Made by a program: the position numbers and the translations under genes
Notes under the pieces: generated by a model
Told to the model about the DNA's origin: nothing
What the model saw: only the letters and a program-made list of their open reading frames with translations
The model's database searches: none
DNA from: Camelus ferus
Taxonomy: Eukaryota
DNA: 64,000 nucleotides
NCBI RefSeq assembly: GCF_009834535.1
Contig: NC_045696.1
Coordinates: 74,338,001 to 74,402,000 of the forward strand
Direction of reading: 5' to 3'
Shown: one piece after another, positions 47,651-59,300 of the stretch
Numbering within the stretch: the first letter of the stretch is position 1
Layout: the number at the start of each line of letters is the position of its first letter

Positions 47651-49575
47651 GTTTGAGCAGAAAGACATGATCTCCTTAGCTTCAAAAGGACAGTAAAGAT
47701 TATAAAATCCAATGTTTTCTCCCATTTTAGGAGATCAGATCTAAATCTAGTGAGAACTTATACTAAAGAACTCATGCTGGTTCCTACAATCTTGTACTTC
47801 CCTGATCCTTTTAACTGGCTTTCTTCTGGTTTTATTTTTTAAATTATTGTTTAAGATTAATTAAAAATTAAGATTGCTTAATTTTGTGAAACTGTTTCAA
47901 ATCCTTTTGGGGGTAAAGATAAATATAATCTAAGTAAATAAATGGTAAAATGTAGGCATAGACTCCATTAATTAAGCATTGAGGAAAAAAAACAATTAAC
48001 TAAGCTGTTTTGCTTTATGAGAACATATAAGAAGACAGAACCAAAAATTCAAAGATAGAAAAGTTGAGGAATATGATCCGGACACAACCCCCTACAGCTA
48101 CCCATTGTAATTGCTCATTATTTGTTTAGTAAATGAATCCATAAAGAAATACTATCTGCAGACTATCTCAATTCTTATGACCAAGAAATGGAGAAGAGAG
48201 CATAACATATAAAGGTTAAATTTTGATGAATGTGAATAATAAATTATTTAAAAACTGGAAATTTCCTTAAGCAATTGAAAATAGCAATGATGAGTAAAAT
48301 TATCACTTACCCATCAACACTATGTTTATACACAATGAAATGAGGTTAATCTTTGGCAATTAGATGATTAATCTGAAGTATGCAAACAGATTAATCAAAA
48401 CATTCCATTCTAAAAATCAGCTGTTAAGCTGAATGAAAAGGCCCGAGAACATCACCAAAAGAGTCAAATCATTAGTAAATATGATTTGAAGATTTATTTC
48501 TACTTTCTGTATTTTTTCCAGTGGCCCTCACTCTATCTTCCTCTAACTTTGATACTTTGAAAAAAAAATAGATATGTCTGTCTTCCACAAGTGTACGATA
48601 TGCTTTTGACCTTGTATATGTCTTCACTACTTCAGAGATTGGGTTTAGGTGCACTTGTAACAAAAATAATTAATAAATAAGGAAGGAAATGATGAAGAGA
48701 ATGTAAGACCTTGATATGAATAGGAATAAGGTTACTGAAGTAATTAATTAAAAATGTCACAGCTGCCATTAAGGGAAAGATTAGCAATTAAAGCAGAGAG
48801 GTTTTATTAATTACTCAAGGTTGAAGCACAGAACAACCTAAGAGCAATGAATCCATTAATGAGGATCATGTCAAGGGAAAACTGGGTAATTTTTTGTGTC
48901 ACTTGATTGAAGCTGTATTGAAAAAGTTTGAATTAATAACAATAGCAGGAGGCTTCTTACAGATAAACATGGTAAGATGGATGCCCTTATGCCTAGATAT
49001 TTCATGTCTCATAGTGACATATCACGTCCGTAAAAATGTCAATTTTGGACAAGAAAGGAAAGCACACCTGTGGTAGGAATAAATTAGGCCTCATCCATTC
49101 ATTTGATTTGTCTTAAGACTCAAAATAAGTTATGTTCAATTTTATCTATCTGTTCTAAGAAGTAATTTAATGCAGGGTAATTCGTTATAATTTCACCATT
49201 TTCAATGCCTATTTTAACACATTATTTCTCTTCCAATCAGAAAGATTTCACCCTCCTCTATATATATATTATTTTAAAAGTTACTGTTTTATGCTTAAAC
49301 ATTAACACAATAAGAAAAAACACTCATAAACTAAAATTTTAACTTAAAAATATTTTTAAATGTCTTCGGCAGTTTTCGTAAAGTTACTTTAATGTATTCT
49401 AGGTCCTGAATTTGCAAAAATATTAAGCAAAATGTTAACTAGTCTGATTTATCTGAAATACCTAAGTATCAAGTAATTCTAGTCTGTATTTTGCATTTCT
49501 TTTATTCAAATTCTTACAGACTGATTCAGATCAAACATTTGATGAACTCAACCAGATATTCTACTTTGTCCAAGT

Positions 49576-49743
49576 CAGTGATGTTCACACTCGAGTACGT
49601 AAGAAGTCCACCTGGAGTGCTTTTGAAAGTGCTCTCAGGGCCCTATCCCAGAAATTTGATTTCAGTGTCTTGGGTGGAGCCCAGGGATATCATTTTTAAC
49701 AAAAATCCAGGTAGTTTTGATGTAGCAAGACTTTGAACCTCTG
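49576..49743. mobile_element. MER5A-like MITE
   Basis: cagtgatgttcacact...cacctggagtgcttttgaaa...cagggccctatcccaga...gatttcagtg...gggtggagcccagg...atttttaacaa...ccaggtagttttgatg. Confidence 0.85.
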
Positions 49744-51679
49744 CAAAAACAACAGGTTAAGATAGTTCAGAACCAGTTTTTCATTTCATTTTGTTTGATG
49801 TGTATTTGGGCCCCAGTGTAGAACTGATATTTTCATTCATATTAATATACCCAGTTGTTCTGGACATTATTTTAATATTTTATGAACCAGATATAGTTCC
49901 CTTTAGCTTGACCAAAAAGCTTTATCTACAGTTTGGGTCTCCATTCTATCTTAATTCCAAATTTTGCCAAATGGTAACCATAACTGTATTAATAACTAAA
50001 AATGAATTTGGCTTGCCCATCATGGATATAAAATTGTGAAGATGTCATCTGAAGTGCTTTCATTAAGTGTGACCATCTATATGCTTAGCAGCAGGGGTCT
50101 CTAAACAGAGGTCTCTATGGTCTAAGTTTGAGGACATAGAAATTTATTGGTAAGTTATTCAAGATTTAATTTTCTAGCCAAGGTTTTTTTAGGCAGTTTA
50201 AGAGCAAAAAAATACATTTCTAGGATGACCTTTCTAAAGTCTTAACTGTTCAAATAATATTGCTTCCAAATTGGAAAGCTATTCCAAATAGCTGTCTGTA
50301 ACTAAAATTGTCAGATCACTTGTGTAAGAAAAAAATATAAGATTTTCTGTATAAACAGTCAAGGGAGAGACTGGAATAAAAACAGTGGTCAGTAGCATTT
50401 GCTAGAGAATTACCTCACATGCCTCATTTTAAAATTCAAATCATTATTGTGTAAAAATAAAATCATTATTGTGTTAACCCTTTTCACTTATTTGCAGAAC
50501 AGATTTCTACTGGATTTTAAGACATTTAATTACTCTTTTAATATTATCATTTTAGTGACCAAAGGGAGCCAAAGTAGTCTGTTAAGGAGCGTTAGGTAAT
50601 ATGTAATTATTATTTATTTGCCGTTTGTTCTTCTTGGGAAACTTTTAGGTTAAATTCATGATATTTTAATATAAAATATGTAGAAATATCTTCCAAACTG
50701 AAAAACAATTGTACCATAATTGAACTTGAATAAAAGATCTGAGGCCTTGGGAACTTTTAGATATGAAAAGTTTTTATTTTTATTAAGTTTTTGAAATAAT
50801 AAAGGCCTATATATATATGATTTTTTGGTTTATATAGGTTTGGACAATTTATTTAAAGGATTAAAATATCAGTAATATAAATTTGATCAAATAATTTTAG
50901 TATTTTGGCTTTGCAGTTTAGTATTAAAATGTATGGCAGTGTAGGGTGTTTTTTAAAAATTTGTTTTTGTTTTGTTCTTCGTGCACAGTCCACAGGCCAC
51001 AGAAATTAGACAATCCTTCTTAAAACCTAATATACTCCTCATTCAGTAACACGTAAGCATGGGGCAAAATACAGATTGTTCTCATAATGGATTGAGACCC
51101 AGATGGTTTGTAGGTTTCTCAGGATAGAATAGAGTGAGCTAAGCTCCCTTTGGAGACTGAGTTTTCTGAATAAACTTGTTTACAGAGCTGCTAAGACTTC
51201 TGGCTTTATTTAGAAAAGTCTCAACAGGGTATTTGAGGCCAGGCTCCAAATCCCCACCTGAATTGTGTCAGCTTACATCTCTGCTAATAACCCAGAATGG
51301 ATTAGATTTATATCACTCTTTTCTCTGTTTGAAAATAGAAACTCATTGGTCTCATCTATTATACTTTCCTAGCCTGTGAAATGAATGAGGATTTATCTAA
51401 AGATAATATTTAAGATCCCCTCCAGATTTAGCATGCTATGAAAATACAAGATAATTTGGATCTTTATGGGACATTCCACATTGTGATTGCAATTGGTTCC
51501 TGAGTTATCAAGATTCTTAATTATACTTGTCAAATTTTTCTGAAAGGAAGAGTTTTATTATGTTTGCCATTATCTCAGTATTTTGTTGTAAAATACATGT
51601 GTTGGGTGTTCTTTCTGCAATTCCAGGGCAGCTGAATGTTCCAGATGTACTTGAAACTGAAGTAAATATATTTCTTGAT

Positions 51680-52560
51680 GGAAAAATTAACCAAAAAGGG
51701 TTATATTGATAGAAAAATAGAGGATTGTAAAATTATTTCCAACTCAGCTGACAAAGGGTTAAATAGCCATAATATGATTAATAGCCTACTATGCAAAAAG
51801 TTCTTACAAATTGCTGACATATATAAAATATATATGCAACCCAATATAAAACTGGGAGAAGGACACAAGTGGCACTTTCTAGAGGAGAAACTCCAAATGG
51901 TGAACAAACATGAAAAGATGTTCAAATTAACTAATAGAGAAATGAAAGGAAAGATATCACTTTACATACATCAGACCAGGAAAAAAAAAATTTAAGCAGT
52001 TAATACCTATTGCTGCCAAGGTTGGAGGAAAGGTGTAATATAATAATATAATTATGACCTGGCAAAATTCTTAAACAATTTTAAAATTAAACACATGTAT
52101 ACTTCTCTATTCAGCTATCCCACCTCTAGGAATCTATCTCATAGAACTAAAACAATCAGAAACTGAGGATGCTAGTTGGAGCACTGTTCAGAGCTGAGGG
52201 GAAAAAGAAACCAAGTGAATGCCCATTTTAAGAAAACGGTTGAAAAGTCATAGTACATTCATACCTAGAATAACATGCAAGTATTAAAAAGAACAAACTA
52301 GAGCTATGAAGGCTGATTTAGGTGATGTTTTATGAGGCATAATTGTGAGAGGGAAAAAAAAGACACAAAGAAGTAAGCGTCATATCATATTATTTGTAAA
52401 ATGTAAAACAGTGACAACCCCAGCTAATGTATATGTGTATATGATTAAACGTATTTATCTACAAGTATGTGTGTTTGACTATGACAATGACTAAAATAGA
52501 GAAAATACATACTGCATTGTTAATTATGCATGAGAGGGATTTGGTGATATGAATATATTG
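51680..52560 (+). mobile_element. Ancient L1ME-like ORF2-end/3' fragment
   Basis: ctccaaatggtgaacaaacatgaaaagatgttc, cagctatcccacctctaggaatctatc, ccaagtgaatgcccat. Confidence 0.8.
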
Positions 52561-53047
52561 GGAGGCAGGAGTAGGCAAGAAAATAATACATATTATATCA
52601 TCCCATTAGAGCATTTATGTCAAGCTATAGATATTCTTAAATTTTTATCTTAAAATGATTAAAATAGTGGTTTCAAGTCAAACTCACAGACAACTGCTTG
52701 AGAGCACAATGAAAAATAAATATAGCTTACATTATTTATCAACCCCTGCCAAAGAATGTACACATAGTTTTAACTACAAGGACATGGTTTGAAGCCTTAT
52801 TTTATATTTTTATACCTTCCCCTCTGAAGCCTTATTTTATAAGCAATGACAATAACAGAATTCAATAAAAACTTAAAAGTGTCCACCACTAGTGGTAAAC
52901 TGTGTAACACTGCATAGCAATTGAAAATGATGTTGTGGAAATATGCATATTTACAAGAAGGAAGCTCATAATATATTAAATCAAGAAAGCATATATACTA
53001 TGATCCTTTTAAAATCATTTTTAAATCTCAATGGAAAATGGGCAAAA

Positions 53048-54171
53048 TCAGAAATAACTGATAAGCTGGAATTTATTAAAAGTTATTAAAAACTGCTCTG
53101 CAAAAGGCAATGTTAAAAGAATGAAAAAAGCCACAGACTAGGAGAAAATATTTAAAAAACTACAGCTGATAAAGGACTACTATTCAATATATACAGAGAA
53201 CTCTTAAAACTCAACAATGGGTAAATAATTTGATTTTTTAAATGGACCAAAGAACTTAAGAGACACCTCACCAAAGAAGATATAAAGATGGCAGATAAGC
53301 ATATGAAAAGATGCTCTATATCATATGTTACCAGGGAAATGCAAATAAAACAATGAGTTACTACTACATACCTACTAGAATGGCCAAAGTCTGAAACTCT
53401 GGTAACACCAAATGCTGTCAAGAATGCAAAACGGTACAGACACTTTGGAAGATAGTTTGGTGATTTCTTATAAAACTAAACATACTTTTACCATACTATC
53501 CAAAACTGCACTCCTTGGTAATCACCCAAAGTAGCTGAAAACTTACATTCATACAAACACCTTCACATGGATTTTTACAGCAGCTTTCTTCATAATTGCT
53601 AAAACCTGGAAGCAACCAAGATGTCCTTCAGTGGGTGAATGGAAAAACTGTGGTACATGCAGACAGTGAAATATTATTCAGTGCTAAAAAGAAATGAGCT
53701 ATCGAATGACAAAAAGACAGAGAGGAACTTTAAGTGCATATTACTAAGTGAAAAAAAGCCAATCTTAAAAGGCTACATGTTGTATGATTCTAACTACATG
53801 ATCTCTGGAAAAGGCAAAAAACTATGGAGACAGTGAAAAGATCAATGGTTGCAGGGGGAAGGGAGAGGCACAGAGGATGTTTAGGGCATTGGAAATACTC
53901 TTTATGATATTGTAATTCTGGATATATATCATTATACATTTGTCCAAACCAATAGAATATACTGCACCAAGAGTGAACCCTAAAATAAACTGTGGACTTG
54001 GGTAATTATGAAGTGTCAATGTAGGCTCATCTTTGATAACAAATGTACCATTCTGGTAAGTGATGTTGACAATAGGGAAGCCTATGCGTGTATGGGGGCA
54101 GAAGTTGCTCAATTATGTTGCAAATCTACAACTGCTCTAAAACTTTAAAGTCTTAAAAAAAAAAAAAAAAA
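53048..54171 (+). mobile_element. 5'-truncated L1MC1-like insertion with poly(A) and TSD
   Basis: ORF2 end (KLWYMQTVKYYSVLKRNEL), 3' UTR accaagagtgaaccctaaaataaactgtggact...caactgctctaaaa, A17 tail at 54155-54171, and direct repeat AAAATGGGCAAAA at 53035-53047 and 54174-54186. Confidence 0.92.
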
Positions 54172-54330
54172 GAAAAATGGGCAAAAGATATGAGTAGGCA
54201 TTTTATCAAAACTTGTACAAATTGCTGACAAACTTATAAGTTATATGTTCCAATTCACTGGTAGTCAGGAAATGAAAATTAAAGAAACATCTATTTTATA
54301 GAAACTTTGGAAAAACAGACATCAAAATGT
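54172..54330 (+). mobile_element. Older L1M host fragment
   Basis: aaatgggcaaaagatatgagtaggcatttt...tcactggtagtcaggaaatgaaaattaaa resembles L1 ORF2 (KWAKDMNRHF). Confidence 0.7.
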
Positions 54331-54789
54331 CAAGGGTGAGCTCTGAATAATGGTTTTCGTAATTTTTCTTTCTTTCTTTGTCTTACTTATATTTTTAAAT
54401 ATATACATGTGTTACTGTTAAAATAACGAGGAGTTTTTACTGCTATCCAAACCCAGTAAAATATGATCATTCATACTTATTTTACATCACTTAAGAGCCA
54501 GATCAAGAATCAGATATTTTATGGAGTCTTCTCAAACAGTTCCATCCCACATTCTTCTTCACCATTTTGGACATTCTTGTGCGTTGATAGTCTACATATT
54601 TTAATACTTGTTCTTTAATTGCTTCATTTTTAGAAATTTTATTTGTTCAACAAAAAATTATTCAGGGCTTTTGTGCTACATACAGAATTTCCTTATGAGT
54701 AGGGACCATTTGCTCCACTTCCATTGCATCTCCTGGTTTACATACTCCAGCTCTGACATAAAATCACTATTTGATGAACACACAGTAGT

Positions 54790-54900
54790 TGATTTTTAGT
54801 TAACCTTTCTTGAGCCTCATTTTTTCTCTCATCTGTAATGCTAGGGGAACAGAGGTTGGACTAAATGTTCTTTAGATTCCTTTCAGCTCTGAAAATCCAG
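54790..54900 (+). mobile_element. MIR3-like
   Basis: cttgagcctcattttttctctcatctgtaatg...ggttggactaaatgttctttagattcctttcagctctgaaa. Confidence 0.8.
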
Positions 54901-56309
54901 TAATTTTGTTTCCACACTTTCCCATTTGTACCTAGCTTGAATAAACCTTTTAACAGTCTAGCAACCAGGACATGTCCATGAGGTTGGGCAGAATAGACTA
55001 TATCGAGTATCACCTCAGAGCATATCTGCTTTGTGTGATAAGTCTACTCTGTCTTTATTTTAATCACTGGACTGCTTGCTCTCTGAGGGCACTATCCGGG
55101 TGGGATTGACTCAGGTTCTCACAAACCCTGGCATATAAATAGGACTCAGGAGGTGACATCATTATTATATCCTACCTTTTAAGAACAAAAACAAACGTCT
55201 AATATACCACTTTCATAAATAAACACAGTGGCAATTACATATCTAGGAGACAGGACAGTCTAGATTTGATTTGTCATAGCAAATGGCTAAAGTAAAGAAA
55301 ATATACTTTGTTACATGTTTTGTATGATTTATTTTCTGCAATATTTTTAAAATAAATACCATGTGTTTTAGAGAGAAGGGAAAGAGAGAAAGAGGGAGGA
55401 TAGTATGAACCTAGAAATGATTTAGGCAGCAGAAGAGCTGTGTCTGTTGATACACAGAGGGAAAGAACTGTGGGAGACTGAGAGATGGAAGATGCAGGTG
55501 AGAGAATAACTGGTGAAACAGTGGCAAAATCCATGTGAGGGAAATGAGATCTGAACCACAGGTGGAGAACTTCATCCTATCAGACAATTTTTCCTCCTAA
55601 AAAAAAAAATTGGCAAGAAAGAATAACCACAAGATAAAGACCCAGAGATGAGTGAAGGGAAAGAAAGGATGTCAAGGCTCTCTACATCTCAGAAAGCAGC
55701 TCTGACTGGGGCAGGCAGAGGGATCAGCCTTTGGGGCAATGATGATAAGAAATTGCCAGCTGCTATGCGAACCCAGCTATTATACATCAGCATGTGTCTG
55801 CAGTGGATGCAGTCACCTTGGCCTTGTGACTTTGCTTATAAAACTTGATGATCTGGACGTGGCAATGCATCCAGGATGCAGTAAGCACATCACTGAAATG
55901 CCTTGTGGGCCCCAGTGCTATGCTGTCCGGGGATCCCGGAGAGGGTGATGGTCTAAGGGGGAAGTGCCCAGGGCCTCCACGTCTGCTTAAAGACCACAAG
56001 TCGTTTTGGTGCAGTTTCAGTGGAGGTGAGGGAGCAGACTGCTGAAAGACCAGGCTGTCGTGGTGGAGGGGAGTCCTGATGAAAGTGCTTGACATTTGCA
56101 GCTGCTCCCAGGAATACATGTAGGACACAAGGAGCCAGGTGGTCCCTAAGTCTCAGACACACTCCCAGATTTTTGAGGGATTGTGGGATGCAGATCCTCT
56201 GTCCTTCAGGAGCATTACAGAGTTGTTCATATGCAGGGATAGGAGTTGTGCAAATAGGTTTGAATGATAGCTCCAAAACTGACTAGCCAAGTGAACTAGT
56301 GGGAATGTA

Positions 56310-56465
56310 CCAGTAGTTTTACATCTTAGTTTCCTCATCTGTAAGACAGATATAAGGAGAATACTTGCCTTAGGAAGTTGTGAAAATTAAGTGAAATAAT
56401 GTAAGCACAGTTCTGAGCAAAGTTCCTGGGATAAGGTAAGCACTCAGTAAATTATTGGTACTATC
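56310..56465 (+). mobile_element. MIR
   Basis: cttagtttcctcatctgtaag...gaagttgtgaaaattaagtgaaataatgtaag...gtaagcactcagtaaatt. Confidence 0.88.
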
Positions 56466-56664
56466 AACAGTTTAAATATTATCAGAATGATGGAACATGA
56501 TGAGAAACAGGAACCAATGGAACAAAAAGAGTTGAATGTTATTTTTAAATGTAGGGAAAATACATAAGTAAGATAAAGGCCAAGATCTTTTCTCTATTGA
56601 AAGTGATTGATAATAGAACCTACATGAGATTTATAAATGCAACAACCAAAGAAACATTTTCTTA

Positions 56665-56810
56665 CAAGCATAGATGCATAGAATGGTGGAGCTGGAACAC
56701 AATAAAAATAATTTCATCTGATCCAGTCATTTTACATATAAGGAAACCAAGGTTCAGATGTATTAAGTAACTGGCACAAATGGTATTAACTGGCAGTGGC
56801 AACACTGGAG
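56665..56810 (-). mobile_element. MIR3-like
   Basis: catagaatggtggagctggaa...catctgatccagtcattttacatataaggaaaccaaggttcaga. Confidence 0.75.
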
Positions 56811-58924
56811 CAAAGCTATCCTTTACTAATATGCTTGACATATTACACTCTAGTATTAGCACTGTTCATTTCCCATTAAGTTTGCTTTATGCATTTAGGT
56901 CATAAATGCAAGATCAGGATATCCTGATTTCTAGCAACAAAGCACTGTCCAATGCACCTACATATAATTTTTAGCTCATTTCTTTCATATTTAATACTAA
57001 TAACTACCTTCCACATAAATGTTGGGAAATACAAGGTAAGGAGTTGATCATAAAATTAAAAGATCAAAATGTGATTTTGTAATATCCAACAACATATTCT
57101 TAACTCCAAGTTTCCTCTATATTGATAAAAGTCACATTTTTATCATTTGAGATGAAATGTACCTGTAACAAACAGCCAGTATGAGTTTTTTTATAACATT
57201 CTTTTATAAATAATATTCATGGTATTTTTTTTTACAAATAATATTCATGGAATGATTCTGTCAAAGTTTATTGGAAAAGTCATTATTCCTGGTGAATCAT
57301 TTCCATGATCTAAATGCATAAGGCAAAGCTAACAAGAAATGAAAATTGCTTAATGTGGTTACTAATACTAGATATAAATATGTCAAGTATATTAGTAAAA
57401 AAAATACTATTTAAACATATCATAACAAAGTTAGAATGGTAGAAACACAGTATATACATGCTTAAATTTTATGTACTAGTTACCTGATATTTCTGCACTT
57501 TAATTTTTGTCTACTGAAAATAAAAGAGGGACTACGTATCCCTCTCCAGTATCTACTTCGTGAGAGGTTTGTAAGAATTTGAATATATAAAATAAGCATG
57601 GTGAGCATTTTTTAAATTTTTAATATATAAATATAGAAGCATCATTCAAAACAGCAAATGAGTTAGTAGAGATAATCCCATTTAAAATATTATCATGCTC
57701 TCCTAGTGAATTGTTGTGATTATTTATGTAACTATAAATCATCTACACTTTCCAATATTTGCCAAAGAATACATTTAAGATATCAAACCTCATATATTAA
57801 GTTTTTATGCTAAGATGACTACATAAAAACTGTATTTATATGAAAATTTTTGAGTCTGTTCACAGCAATATGCCCTCTTGTTAGAATAGCAGGACTTAAA
57901 GTTCAAAGTATTTAATATTTTCATGGTAAGGGGGACACTTCATTTCTGGATGGTATGATGGCTTGAGGGAAAATGTTAGCAGTGGCACCACTCAGCTTCC
58001 ATTTAATGTTTAAGTTGGAAGCCAAATCTCAAACTGGGGAACCTGGAGCTCAGCTGGTCTGGTGTGTAGTTAAGTGGTCCATCCGTACAGTCCAAAACGA
58101 AGAATTCTGAAGATATTGCTAAGCCCTCTGTGGACTAAGCTGGTCTGTGGTACATTGGTCTATTCAAATATTCTACTGTGATATATAATTTAGGTAATGT
58201 CCTTCACTCTATCATGAATAAAAAGAAAATCATTGACCCTGAATGTAAGAACACTTAAGTCTTAAAGTTAGCACAAGCAAGTTTTTGAAAGTTGACCACA
58301 GTCCTTCAAACAGGAAACATAGGAGAATCACCTTAATCTCAAGAAATCTTAGTCACACCGGTACCTGAATCCTGAGTTCATAACCTTACCTGTTCCCTTG
58401 GCCCACTGGCTTCTTTCTGATGACATCTCTTTGTGTGCTCTCTGGAACGTTTTCCTGCCATGCAGTTTGGCTTTGGCATTCCACCCAAGTTTGTGGGTTC
58501 CAGCATTCTAATCTTCCCATGTGATTGGTTTTATCCAACCCGGGCCCACAGTGACTGTTACACTTCACCATACCCCACCCAACTGCGCAGCCCCAGATTT
58601 AGAAATTTGTGTCCCAAAAAAAAGGATTTCAGTGCATCCGTTTGTACTTTACTGTCCTGCTGTCATACAGGGAGCAGCTGAGTCTAAGGACTCATGCCAT
58701 CAGGTGCTCTTTTTACCCAGTGCTTCACCTGCCTGCTGCCAACATTAGTAACTCTACCCTCTGTAATTGAGCCCATTCCTTAATGCAATAGACTTTTAGA
58801 TCTCACGGGATCTATAACTGATTTAGACTGCCCTAAATTTAATCATTTTTAACTTTTGACAGAAGTGCAATTGTTCTGATTGTAAACCACTGCTTACATG
58901 GGGACACTGACTTCACTCCTGTCA

Positions 58925-59055
58925 TTTTTAACCTTTAGCTGCACATTGGAATCACCTGAGGAGTGTTTTTAAGTGTTTAAAGTAATACTGAGGCCCAAGC
59001 CCACCCCAGACCAGTTGTATCAGAATCTCTAAGAGTGGGACCTGGATATTTGTTT
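58925..59055. mobile_element. MER5A fragment
   Basis: ctttagctgcacattggaatcacctgagga...gcccaagcccaccccagaccagttgtatcagaatctct. Confidence 0.85.
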
Positions 59056-59064
59056 AGATACAAA

Positions 59065-59300
59065 ACCTGGTTCTTCCTTGAGAAAGCTACTTTACTCTCT
59101 TTTCCTCAGTTTCCTACCTGTACAATGAAGACAATAAAGTTCTCATATGGTTATAGTGAAAACAAGATGAATAAATATATGTAAAATGCTTAGACATACC
59201 TGGCCCATCATAAATACTTAATAAGTGTTATTATTATTACCTCATAGGGTTATCATGAGAACAGAATAGCTGTAAGTGTTCAATAAGTATTAAGCAGATG
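59065..59300 (+). mobile_element. MIR plus a second MIR 3' piece
   Basis: cctcagtttcctacctgtacaatgaagacaata...atgtaaaatgcttag...cctggcccatcataaatacttaataagtgttattatt, then acctcatagggttatcatgag. Confidence 0.85.

Noticed and set aside
26564-54112. ORFs with L1-like peptides (26564-26797, 51675-51995, 53152-53421, 53639-53836)
   Set aside because: Fragments of decayed LINE-1 ORF2 or its antisense, not host genes.
55735-55902. Possible box C/D snoRNA (ATGATGA at 55739, CTGA at 55893)
   Set aside because: Span of ~160 nt is long, the terminal stem is offset and short, and there is no recognisable rRNA/snRNA guide or C'/D' boxes.
12660-57250. Scattered short tandem duplications (e.g. 33054-33086, 50438-50474 with period 22, 57208-57250 with period 28)
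   Set aside because: Two-copy slippage duplications without regular spacers; not a CRISPR-like or functional array.
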